DNA from: Octopus sinensis
Lineage: Eukaryota
DNA: 64,000 nucleotides
Direction of reading: 5' to 3'
Assembly: GCF_006345805.1 (NCBI RefSeq)
Contig: NC_043000.1
Span: 161,820,001 to 161,884,000 of the forward strand
Under the pieces are notes generated by a model. That model ran no database searches. It had not been told where the DNA came from and worked only from the letters and a program-made list of their open reading frames with translations. Position 1 is the stretch's first letter; each line of letters starts with the position of its first letter. Position numbers and translations under genes: made by a program. This document shows, piece by piece, positions 12,010 through 23,154 of this stretch.

Positions 12010-12415
12010 ACTTCCAGATGAGAAGGGCCTTCTTATGATGCTGATATGCAGTGTCTGTGCAAGACCCTGCCTCGGTAAAGCTGGACTCAAGAGTCATCTT
12101 CGTAGTCATAAAACGAGACAGATAAAGCGAGACACCTGGCCACTGGTGGTGGTGTAACACACCATACTAATCATATCTGTCGGGCATGTGGAAGAGAGTG
12201 TAATTCGGCAGGAGGACTTAAACGACATGCAAAGGTACATGAAGCCCAGTTACAACTACAGCCGGCTATTACCAGTAAAGGTCTTAGTTGCCAATTTTGT
12301 ACAAGACATTGTAGATCTTTAGCTGGGCTAAAAAATCACATTCGATCACAGCACCAATAACAGTTAAGCTTCGTACAATGGCCATACTCGATAACGAGGG
12401 GGGCAACCATCATCA
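12010..12415 (+). mobile_element. RTE-like LINE 3' end with three C2H2-like fingers
   Basis: CSVCARPCLGKAGLKSHLRSH (12047-12109), then after a frameshift CRACGRECNSAGGLKRHAKVH (12178-12240) and CQFCTRHCRSLAGLKNHIRSQH* (12289-12360). Short UTR CATACTCGATAACGAGGGG and an (ATC)n tail. Confidence 0.65.
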
Positions 12416-12557
12416 TGTATGTATGTATGTATGTATGTATGTATGTATGTATGTATGTATGTATGTACGTATGTATGTATGTATGTATGTATGTATGTAT
12501 GCATGTATGTATGTATGTATGTATGTATGTCTGCATGCATACTTGCATGTATGCATG
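12415..12557. repeat. (TATG)n microsatellite
   Basis: Direct reading. Confidence 0.97.
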
Positions 12558-12872
12558 TCCTCTTTCTGTTTATCTTTTTAATCTAGAATAAATCTTGACC
12601 GCCCACCTGCTTAGTAGCAAAGTTGTGGAGGAAAGCATCTTGTTTTGTTCATCAGCCTTTAAATCTTAAGGCCTGGTAGATTTCTATAGTCTTAGATATC
12701 GTGATCATTTGTAGCATATGAATTAAGGATTTGTGTTCTCTCCCCAAGAAACCAAGTTCAACCACACTTTGCTCCAGGCGGGTTGGTATGTATCCTGTTG
12801 GTCTAATAATAATAGATATGAAATTGGGAGTGTATCTTGGGAACTGGATTTAAGAACTCCTTACCAATGGTT
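12558..12872 (-). mobile_element. R4/Dong-like RLE retrotransposon, short 3' end
   Basis: The minus frame IQFPRYTPNFISIIIRPTGYIPTRLEQSVVELGFLGREHKSLIHMLQ..EIYQALRFKG* (stop at 12652-54) parallels the C-terminus of the 11375-11990 copy. The UTR runs into (CATA)n. Confidence 0.75.
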
Positions 12873-13352
12873 TCCTCGGAGGAAAGAGTTGGTTTCTAAC
12901 AAAGGTACAAAATTCCGTCATTAATATATAGATGACAAAAGCAAATTTTAAAATTAAGAACTTGAACATTTTAAACTTATAAAATTCTCGTATTTTTATC
13001 GATCCACCTACAGACTGTTTTTTGTAATCTATGAAATGGTTGATTGATTTCTTTTTCTGAAAACCCAAGGTTATCCACATTCTTATTCAGGCATTTACTC
13101 GGAAAAACAAATGCACCAATTGTTATTGATGTAAATGTGAATTCACAATCTGAATATAGAAGCTGGAGGTTTCGAAGCAGTTGTCCGTAGTTATCCTCTT
13201 TCTCTTTGATTTTCGAAGTAATATTCACAGCAACAGGGAAGCTGAGCTCTATGCCGGTTCATACCTTTTATTGTCTGTTCTAAATGACAATATCTGGCTA
13301 TTTAAATTTGCATTCGAAAAAGTTCAATGATTCACCAATATTCCTTGTGTTG
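12873..13352 (-). mobile_element. R4/Dong-like RLE retrotransposon 3' end
   Basis: YQHKEYW..PDIVI..IELSFPVAVNITSKIKEKEDNYGQLLRNLQLLYSD..IGA..KCL..LGFSEKE. The 3' UTR motif 12883-12919 matches 8448-8484 at 29/37 positions (hand alignment). Confidence 0.9.
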
Positions 13353-15849
13353 ATATGTACGTATGTATGTGTGTGTGTGTATGTGTGTTTGCTCATGTTT
13401 GCATATCGGCGTGAAATCGGTGCATCGCAATATTGTACCGAATCAACCAGAGAGCTTGTAGGTGATTTCTCAACCAGCTAGAAATAGCAGCTAAATATCT
13501 AAGCACAATCCATTGACTTAAAACGACAAGTATATGATAATTTGAATCCATAATCTCTCAAAGGTCGGGATAAGCAAAGCTGGAGAACCTTTGATCACGA
13601 ACCTTTGATCAATTAAGACTGATCTACGGTTAACAACCTTGTGATATGACGATCAGTTTCGACAGCCTCTTTTTATACTTGGTAAACTTTACCATTCGTT
13701 AGACTCTGAAGTAGACAGAAAAGTACAGCACTGAGTAATGGAGCAGATGTAAGGAATTAAAATTCTTGAAGGCGATGATACAGAATAATCGCAGTCCAAC
13801 AAAAGAACTTTATTTAATTATATCACAATTTTCTTTTATGAGATAGCTTAAAATATATCTAACGATCGAAACATTTTCGCTTCTTTGGATAGTATGACAA
13901 TTTATTATGTGACTTACATTTGTTACTTATGCAGCTTAAGCGAGCGAGTAGAAGTTAAATGTCTTTGCAATAGTTATAGCACTTATGTAATAAAAACCGA
14001 TTACTATTTGTTTCGGCTTACTGTGAGATTCTATAAAGAAAAAGCTATTTAAATAACTTTACTATTTTCTAGAAATAAAGACCAAAAAAGAAACATAATT
14101 AATAAACGGCGCATTTTATATCCACCTAACATTTCAATGTTTTAAGTAGTAATAATTCTCGTACAAAGTCAGAGGGGAGAGCTTAAAAAATGGAGGTCAG
14201 GTTAAATATGAATTGCTTAGAACAATTTAAATAATTATAAAAGAAATTTAACGCTGACAGAATCTGAAAAAACTGTCCCACTTTTTCCTGGTTTTGATTT
14301 GTTAAATATCAAATCAGACAGTATTTTCACTAACTATCTTCTCTTTATCCAAAGACAAGTTGATTGAACAATACCCAGTTCTTCGTCTGGATATTTTTTT
14401 TGTTTCTAAGTTTTGTACCTAAAATGATTCCAAAGGTCATAATCATATATTGAGTTTAATCTCTTCTACGCTTCTATATTCAATGTTATTATAGTGTTTA
14501 ATATTATATCCGCTGATATATTTTCTTTTAGGTATATACTAGCTTACAACACTTCACTTTGCTATTTCTGAAGAATAAACTTGTTGCTATTTTGAGTTAC
14601 TTTTTCCAAATAATTAACACATTATGTTCACTACATAAACTGTATACGACGTGTGTTAGAGAGAGAGAGAGAGAGAAGTGTTAACAAAATGCAAATTCCG
14701 ATGTTTGTGCATAATGACATGTATTTGAAACCGATATTAAGTAAAAATAAATAAATTTATTCATCAACAATTTGTCACATGATTATCATATAATTGGTAA
14801 ATGATTACAATACTAATTAATTATCAATTCTTTTTAAAAGTTGTGCATGATTTTTTTTTTCCTTGCGCTCACAAAATGTCTATTCAAGAAATATACTTTC
14901 ATATCACGAGTTTATGATTTTCACACGGAGAAAATCGAATGACGGAAACAGACTAGATTTTCTGTATAATGATCTTGATATATCAGGTTAACATTTTAAG
15001 CGATTCTTGATCTAATTTACATCCATAGTCCATCCTCATTGTTAAACTTTTATAATGAAAACTTTAATCAACTCACTCTTGACTACATTGAGAAATATCG
15101 CTAAAAGTTTCAAGCGCATTAGTAAAATCATGTCTATTAATATGTTACTAAGTAAATTATGGTACACATTACAGTGATAGGTGTTGTGAAATTAGTACCA
15201 CACAAAATATAAAAGAAATATAATGTCTGTTTTTTCTTAATAAATTCTATATGAAACAGCTAAGTATAGTGAGAGAAATTACCTTTTTCGTTAAGGTATT
15301 TCAACTTAGTTTTACCAACGAACAGTTTGAAATAAATTTGAGAACTTATGCCAACATTTCTTAACTCAGTAACACGATTTCAAAAGCGAGATGCATTCAA
15401 AATTAGAAAAAAGTTTAAAGAGAAATTTAAATTTTACCAGTTAAAACTGAATATAAATAAGATAGTATCTATAGTCAACATTTTAGAAGTAACTCTTCGA
15501 CGTTTCTTTTTCTACTAATCTGAGGGGATCTGAATATACATAAATATACATAAAACAATAAAAATATCTTAGATCATTCGTAATAATTAATAATTAATGG
15601 TGTGTAATAAGAGCTGTCAATAATTGTCTGAATAAGTTAATAAAGTTCGTTTTAGTTTTTAAATTCTGTAATGATTTAACGAAGAATAAAAAGTTTATAG
15701 TTTATATTTATAACATTTATATTATACACACACGCATGCAACAAATACGTACATATGTGTGTGTGAGAGACAGAGAGAGAGAGTGTGTGTGCGTGTGTGC
15801 AAGTATACACGTATCCACACAAATACACACACACACACACACACATATT

Positions 15850-16265
15850 ATCTTTTACTTGTTTTAGTCATTAGACTGTGACCATGCTGGAGCACCGCCT
15901 GGGAGAATTTTGTAGGATCTTAACAAGAAAATTCTGTCCATTTTTTAGAAAAGATCCATTTTGTAGGCGAATGAACTACTTATTCTATCGGTTCCTTTTG
16001 CCGAACTGCTAATTTACGGGGACATAAGCACACCAACACCTGTTATCAAGCGGTGGGGGGGGGGGACAAACACGGTCACAACACACACACAAACACACAC
16101 ACACATTTATACACCCGATCACCTTGTTTCGATCTCTGTCTAACAAATCCATTAACAAGGTTTTGGTCGGCCCGAGGCTATAGCAGAAGACACTTGCCCA
16201 AGGTGGCACGCAGTGGGACTGAACCCGGAGCCATGTGGTTGGGAAGCAAGCCACTTGCCACACAG
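15850..16265 (-). mobile_element. SINE family A (interrupted at ~15900-15975)
   Basis: Tail TTTTACTTG..CCATGCTGGAGCACCGCC and head CACTTGCCCAAGGTGGCACGCAGTGGGACTGAACCCGG. Confidence 0.88.
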
Positions 16266-16299
16266 CTTTAGATATATAGATTCATACATACACAAATAT

Positions 16300-16501
16300 A
16301 TACAAAATGCATACTATATATATATAATATTATATATATAATATATATATATATATGTATATAAAGTATACATTCAGTATATACGTGTGTATTTTTATAA
16401 ACTTTTGTGTATGTATGTGTGTGTGTGTTTTTATACATACATACATATATATATATAATATATATTATATATATATATCTATAATATATATAATATATAT
16501 A

Positions 16502-16545
<44 letters not shown>

Positions 16546-16550
16546 GTGTG

Positions 16551-16593
<43 letters not shown>

Positions 16594-16594
16594 T

Positions 16595-16635
<41 letters not shown>

Positions 16636-17008
16636 GGAGTAAACACATAAATGTGAAACAAGGTTGAAAAAAGAGTACTCAAATACCAGTGGTAGAGTAT
16701 ATACTTTATTTAAAGCAGCAGAAAATTCTACAAAACCTGTTACTCTGAGTTCCCGTTGCCGTTCATCGGACAGTTTTTGCTATATATATATATATAATAT
16801 ATATATATATTATATATATATATATATAATATATATTATATATATATATATATTATATATATATATATATATATTATATATAATATATATATATTATATA
16901 TATATATATATAATATATATATATATAATATATTATTATATATATGTGTGTGTGTTGTGTGTGTGTGTGTTATATATATATATATATACATACACACATA
17001 TATATATG
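16300..17008. repeat. Complex (TA)n/(CA)n/(TG)n low-complexity tract containing an embedded element
   Basis: Direct reading. Confidence 0.93.
16633..16780 (-). mobile_element. Penelope-like terminal-repeat element in (TA)n with a hammerhead-like fold
   Basis: ~150-bp unique insert flanked by (TA)n. The minus strand of 16731-16779 reads CAAAAACTGT-CCGATGA-ACG GCAA CGG-GAA-CTCAGAG-TA-ACAGGTTTTG, followed by AATAAA. Confidence 0.6.
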
Positions 17009-17010
17009 TA

Positions 17011-17194
17011 CGAGGTGGGCTGAAAAGTTACTGCTTTGGGGTTTAAAAAATGCAGGACGATCTGTTAAGTATGATTTTTTTTACTACAGTGGTCTTTCAG
17101 TTTCTCTAAGCCCAGTAAAAGAACTCGGAAGGCTGGTCCTCCAACCGAGAGTTTATGAGACCCTTACAGCCAGGAACTTTTCAACACACCTTCG
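17011..17194. mobile_element. Tc1/mariner-derived MITE with TA target sites
   Basis: TA|CGAGGTGGGCTGAAAAGTT ... GGAACTTTTCAACACACCTTCG|TA (imperfect TIRs). Confidence 0.8.
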
Positions 17195-17199
17195 TATGG

Positions 17200-17403
17200 A
17201 ATCCCTCGACTATCGCGGGTGTTGCCTTCTAAACCACACCGCGATAGGTGAAAATCCGCGAAGTAGAAATAGTGCTGTACCGTATATTTTGTTCTATTAT
17301 TTTTATAATTTGTATATATTTATTTTATTATAATTGCAAAACAACACCACAGAGGAATCGACGTAAGCTTAAATAATAAACCGCGATAGGTGAACCGTGA
17401 TAT
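17200..17403. mobile_element. Tigger/pogo-like MITE remnant
   Basis: AATCCCTCGACTATCGCGGGT..CCGCGATAGGTGAAAATCCGCGAAGTAG, with the internal repeat CCGCGATAGGTGAA again at ~17381. Family assignment is from recall of such MITEs. Confidence 0.5.
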
Positions 17404-17476
17404 GTGTGTGTGTGTGTGTGTGTGTGTAAATATATTTACATACACACACTCACACATACATAAATATTCTTCCAAA

Positions 17477-17477
<1 letters not shown>

Positions 17478-17546
<69 letters not shown>

Positions 17547-17575
17547 GTGTGTGTGTGTGTGAAAGAGTGTGTGTG
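17478..17575. repeat. (TG)n microsatellite
   Basis: Direct reading. Confidence 0.95.
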
Positions 17576-17668
17576 CACGCACGCCTCATGCATTAAACTA
17601 TTCTTCTATTTGTAGAATTGTTTGTACCCTTTAAAATGTATTGAAAAAGCCTTTAGTTTAAGGTAAAA

Positions 17669-17785
17669 CAGCGAGCGGGCAGAATCGGTTGCGCGTCGGA
17701 CAAAAATACTTTGCGGCATTTCGTCCGTCTTTACGTTCTGAGTTCAAATTCCTCCAAAGCCGACTTTGCCTTTCATCCTTTGCTG
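17669..17785 (+). mobile_element. SINE family B (Meta-domain-like) 5' fragment
   Basis: GCGAGCGGGCAGAATCG..GTTCTGAGTTCAAATTCC..GACTTTGCCTTTCATCCTTT matches 59434-59672. Confidence 0.85.
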
Positions 17786-17961
17786 ATTAACTGGATGATG
17801 TGATTGACTTACCCCAACACGAAAACTGTTGGCCCTGGGCCATTAGTTGTGTGTGTGTGGTGTGTGTGTGTGTGTGTGTGTGTTGTGTACATATATATAT
17901 ATATAATATATATATATAATATATATATATATATGTATGTATGTATACACACCCAAACACA

Positions 17962-18150
17962 TGAGTGCTGAAAAATTCCTGGCTTTGGGCAAAAGAAAAT
18001 ACAGGTGGATGAGTTAATTATAATTCTCCTCTCAGACTCACAAACTTATTGCAGGGGTCTTCCAGTTTTTCTAAGACCCGTAAAAGAAGTTTGGGCCTCC
18101 AGCCAGGCCTTTCGCAACAACCTTAAAGTCAGGAACTTTTCAGCACCCCT
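17962..18150. mobile_element. Second copy of the mariner-derived MITE
   Basis: GTGCTGAAAAATTCCTG ... CAGGAACTTTTCAGCAC inverted ends. The internal CCAGTTTTTCTAAGACCCGTAAAAGAA is shared with 17011-17194. Confidence 0.78.
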
Positions 18151-18899
18151 TTGTGTGTGTGTGTGTGTGTGTGTTGCACGCGTATGTATTGGGAGACAAT
18201 CTTCTAGGTAATTCTACTCCTCATTTGGGACTATACACCATACTAAATACGAATACGGTTAGGACTTACATGTGCAGCCCTGTGAGTTGATAAACTTCGA
18301 TCAAGCAAGCCGTAGATAAAATTCCTTCGCTGTGTGCTTAACCTAAACGCAACAAAAAGGGTGTACAACAAAGGCACTAAGGATAATGCCGATTGCAAAG
18401 AATTTGGTGTAAATGCAAAAGTGTGAAAACATGTGCATGTTTCTGTATTATTAAACCTTTTCAGCGAAACATATTCATTTCAGTGAGTATCTGTTGCGTC
18501 TAATTTTGTACATGCACCCTCGTGAGGGCCGAATGCAAATAAGTGTGTGAGCGTGCGTATGTGTGTATGGGGTGGGGTGTAATGGATTTCCCCGTCGAGT
18601 ACGACTTAAGAGTATCCGTTGCTCAATCAACTGAACTACTCACCTATGGAATTTGCATGTGGGAATTCCACAGTCACGTGTAACGCGAACGGAATTACCT
18701 GGCAGAATCAATGTGATGAAGCTGGAACTTTGAATTACAGGAACTGTTTAGCCAAAGGGTTTCAATGTAGTTTCTGTCTACTCAATTGCACTCCAAGGCT
18801 GACACTTGCCTTCGATACAATGCGATATGATTGACTACAACAAGAAATATTTTGGAAACGAAATTGTTAACTACTAGTCGTTGTTGTTTGTTCTTTCTC

Positions 18900-18999
18900 N
18901 NNNNNNNNNNNNNNNNNNNNNNNNNNNNNNNNNNNNNNNNNNNNNNNNNNNNNNNNNNNNNNNNNNNNNNNNNNNNNNNNNNNNNNNNNNNNNNNNNNN
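18900..18999. other. Assembly gap (100 N)
   Basis: Run of N. Confidence 1.
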
Positions 19000-19615
19000 T
19001 GTGCAAGGACAATCCGAACACAGACAGGTGTTGTAAGAAGTGACCGGTGGAGCGCAAATGACGTGAGTCCAGGGGGTCATTGCCGAGGCCGATGTCTCGG
19101 AGGTGTTCTTCAAACCAGTCAGCCAAGCGGCGGCACGTTTGTCCGATGTACAGGGAATGGCAGAGAGAGCAGGAGATGCAATAGATGATATTGCTGGAGG
19201 TGCAGGTGAAGGAGTCGGTGATGTGATAGTGTCGATGATGGGTGCCAGTGAGGAGGGTGGTGTTGGAGAGGTAAGAGCAAGCGCGGCAGCGTGGGCAGAA
19301 GAAGGGGAATGAGCCAGGTTAGGAGGTAAGGTCAGGGAAGGAGCTGTGGACCAAGAGGTCTCGTAGGTTATGGGCTCGTTTGAAGGAGGGGAAGGGTCGG
19401 TTAGGGAAGAGGTGTGAAGTGGACGGATCGGACTGGAGATGTCGGAAAGCTCAAAGAATGGTGCATTGGAGAAGTCGGGTCGTGGGGTGGTAAGTGAGGG
19501 GAAAAGGGAGGCAGGAGACTACAGGGTGGGTTCAGGGGAAGAGAGCAGATGCACGGTCTACGGAACGTGCTCTGGGAAGTGCAGTGTGGTTAGTGGTGAG
19601 GGGGTATCCACGTGT
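19000..19615 (-). mobile_element. Penelope-like retroelement fragment (RT C-terminus/linker + GIY-YIG endonuclease)
   Basis: Minus frames: RGYP..ARSVDRASAL..PLTYHPTT..FRHLQSDPSTSHLFPNRPFPSFKRAHNLRDLLVHS..GSFPFFCPRCRACSY..DSFTCTSSNIIYCISCSLCHSLYIGQTCRRLADWFEEHLRDI. A few stops and a frameshift; runs into the gap. Confidence 0.92.
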
Positions 19616-19750
19616 TTATGTCTCCATAACTTAGTGGTATGGCAAAAAGACCGATAGTATAAGTACTAGGCTCACAAAGAATAAGTCCTGGGGTTGGTTT
19701 GCTTGACTAAAAGGCGGTGCTCCAGCATAGCTGCTGTCAAATGACTAAGA
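19610..19750 (+). mobile_element. SINE family A 3' half
   Basis: GTGTTTATGTCTCCATAACTTAG..AAGTACTAGGCT..GGCGGTGCTCCAGCAT. Confidence 0.85.
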
Positions 19751-19839
19751 GTATATATATATTTATATATATATTAGTAATTTGTGTGTGTGTGTGCATG
19801 CAGTGTGTATGCATATTTGTATCGCTATCTAACTATGTA

Positions 19840-19840
<1 letters not shown>

Positions 19841-19919
<79 letters not shown>

Positions 19920-20480
19920 TAAATATAAATATATATATATACATATATAAATTTAAATATATAAATATAAATATACATATATAACATATTACATATATAC
20001 ATAAATATACATATATAAATATATACATATATAAATATTACATATATAAATATAACATATATAAATATATACATATATAAATATATATACACATATACAT
20101 ATATATATACATATATAAATATATATACACATATACATATATATATACATATATAAATATATATACACATATACATATATATATACATATAAATATATAT
20201 ACACATATACATATATATATATATACATATATAAATATATATATATACATCTATAAATAAATATATATATATAAATAAATATATATATATCTATATAAAT
20301 AAATATATATATATAAATAAATATATATATATACATATATAAATATAAATATATACATATAAATATATATATACATATATATATATATACATATATAAAT
20401 ATATATAGATTCTTACATATATAACACATATATATATATATATATATTATTATATAATATATATATATATTTACACACAT
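19841..20480. repeat. (CT)n followed by a long TA-rich satellite (TATATATACA/TATAAATA variants)
   Basis: Direct reading. Confidence 0.95.
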
Positions 20481-21269
20481 GTTTAACTTTGATAGAACAG
20501 GAAAATTTAACTCCATATATGATTCATTTCATTTCATCTAGTTTCAGCTTCACGAGCTGTGGCCATGCTGGGGCACCGCCATGATTGTATATATCTTTTT
20601 TTTTATTGTGTAATTACTCTTATTTTTATACTGCCATTGAAGAATAGAGAAATGAATTATGTATGTCTATTTCATCTATATTTCTATATTCGTAAGTACG
20701 TTTGTGTGTGTATGCTTCTTGAATGTATGTTTCTGTGTATGTATCCATTAATATTTTGTACATCAATATTTTATATATATTTTGATATGTTTGCATTTAT
20801 TTGTATTAATTATTCAACATTAATTAAATTTCTCTCTCTTTCTCTCATTCTCTCCACACACACGCACACGCATATACGCACACACAGAAACGTGTATATA
20901 CATTCATATTCTAATACATTTGTCAGTTGGACAGTCATTTGTTTAACGTCCATCTTTCCAGACAATCGTAGGCTGGACATTATAGGTTGATGCTCTTCCT
21001 GTTACTTATCTTAACATATTTTTCAAGGACATATTCTGTTTCATGTGTATTCTAAAGCACAAAGTGACCTTTTATAATGCTCGCCTCATGACCGCTTTGC
21101 TTAATTGGTGACAAATGAATTTTCCCCAAACATGTACATTCGCATTTGTACATGAGCACACACGAACACACACACACACACACAGACACACATTGTATAG
21201 ATATTATTGTATATAACACGTGTGTGTCTATGTGTACACAATGGGCTAAATATAATTTCTCTCTCCCAA

Positions 21270-21400
21270 TTTCCCTTACGAGACATTGGCCTGCCCACAA
21301 AGATACTAGAAGGCAATTGCCTAAAGTGTTCTGTGATGGAACTGAATTTGAAAGCATGTGACACAAACTTCTTAACCACAGAGCCATGCCTACTTCTCCA
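21270..21400 (-). mobile_element. Degenerate SINE family A head
   Basis: ACTTCTTAACCACAGAGCCATGCCTAC and GGAACTGAA resemble the reverse of the family A head. Confidence 0.6.
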
Positions 21401-22436
21401 CTCTCCAGCGCAAACTTGGCAAAATACTTGTTGAAATAGTTGAAAAGGCACATGCATTCTGCTTACTCATTGTATTGTGCATGCACTCCACCCTCAAACC
21501 TCTCCACCCTATTTTCTGCTAGCTGTATATTTTCTATACACCCTCATCTCTTCCTCTCATGCCACACCACTCATAATTGACAGGTAAGCTCCTTATTCTT
21601 TGTATACTTAATACCTCCTTCCTCTTCTCCTCTGGTACACTTAATCTGCCACCCCTCTGTTCTCCTGGATCATGATGTTTAGTGAAGAGAAATTGCACTC
21701 TGGCAATGTTTACCCACCCTTCCTGATTCTCCTGCCGCTGTGCTCTCTTGGACATTATTTTGAAGACATAAGCTAGCATCTAATCAATTTCTTAGCTCTC
21801 TTCAACACACGACTCTACCTTTCCATATGGAGTATCACTTCCTTTTCTCCTACTCAACCCCCACTACCTCTATCAGTTTCAGATGCTCACATCTCCCTTG
21901 ACACTACTTTTTCTTTTCTTCCTTGTATCCTAGTATTCCATGATATCTTTTCTTCATGCACCTCTTTACACATCAAATTATACCATGGGGTACCCTAGCA
22001 CTGCATCTCTGTGTATTCAACCCTTCTCACTGTCCTGTTACTATTCTCAAACTAACCTCCTGTTATTAATTTTCTATTTCCCTCCAATTACTTTCTTCCC
22101 CTATCACCTACCCCTTCACTCCACTCTCAACAATAAACCTGTGTAACTCCAGTAAGAACTGTCTTGGATCCTGAAAAACTCATCCAATCTACTCAACCCA
22201 CCCCATAATAATTATCTTGTCCTCACCTTCTTCTCCAAAGTAGTCCTTGACATTACTTGTCATTTTGCTCCCTCTTCTCCCTGTCTCCTACATTACTCCT
22301 CACCAACCATTCCCTCTCTAATTCTTTCCCCTACCATCATCATTTCACCAGGTTTTTACAAGCTGCAGGATTGGTGTCATACACTAATGTCTGATTTGCA
22401 TGGATTCTAATGCCCCTCCTAGTGCTAACTGCCTAA

Positions 22437-22705
22437 CATCATCATTATCTTGTCGTTTAATGTTCATTTTCCATGCTGGCATGGGTTGGGCAGTTTGACT
22501 GAGGACTGGCAAGCCAGGAGGCTGCACCAGGCTCCAGTATGATTTGGCAAGGATTCTACACCTGTATGCTCTTCCTAACACCAACCACTCCAAGAGTGTA
22601 GTGGGTGCTTTTTACATGTCACTGGCACAGGAGCCAGTCTGGTGGCACTGGCATCAACCACACTTGAATAGTGCTTTTTATGTGCCACCAGCACGGGTAC
22701 CAGTC
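22437..22705 (-). mobile_element. Family D short retroposon (RTE-type 3' tail ending in (GAT)n)
   Basis: CATCATC..GTTTAA..TTCCATGCTGGCATGGGTTGG..CTTCCTAACACCAACCACTCC. Other copies at 25565, 34140, 37281, 44660, 46495, 49728 and 51380. Confidence 0.85.
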
Positions 22706-22736
22706 AAGGAATGTGTATATATATATATATATATAT

Positions 22737-22925
22737 ATAAAAGGAAAGTTTACGAAAATAAACAAAAGACGAAGACAGGTGGTGTACAAAACAAACATGT
22801 ATTATTATAACGCTCAGGAATAGAAAAAGTCTTTTACATTTTGATCCTACGCTCTTCTACAGAAAGGTACACAGAAAAAACAAGGAGAGAAAAAAAATAT
22901 GTGTAGTGGCTAACGATCTATCATA
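22737..22925 (-). mobile_element. Penelope-like terminal-repeat element in (TA)n
   Basis: Flanked by (TA)n and homologous to 54435-54640 and 27605-27720. The minus strand has the decayed motif CCTTT-CTGTAGA-AGAGC GTAG GATC-AAA-ATGT-A-AAAGA. Confidence 0.7.
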
Positions 22926-23154
22926 GATATATATATATATATGATGGGCTATCCCATCATTAAACGACGTATGGGAGTTTGGCAATTTATTACCGAACAA
23001 CCACACAGATAATTTGTTTATAGTGATCAAATGCTTGTGTAGACATGAGCTCCCTCCCTCCATCAGATCGACATTACCTGTACAGGTGCAACGGTACCAC
23101 ATGTCTCATGTCAAAATGATCGCAGAGCAACGTGAAATGAAATGGTTAATTTGT

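Noticed and set aside
18619-18834. Cys-rich 71-aa ORF (ACGNSTVTC..CLAKGFQCSFCLLNC)
   Set aside because: No recognisable domain spacing, weak start and no clear splice sites.
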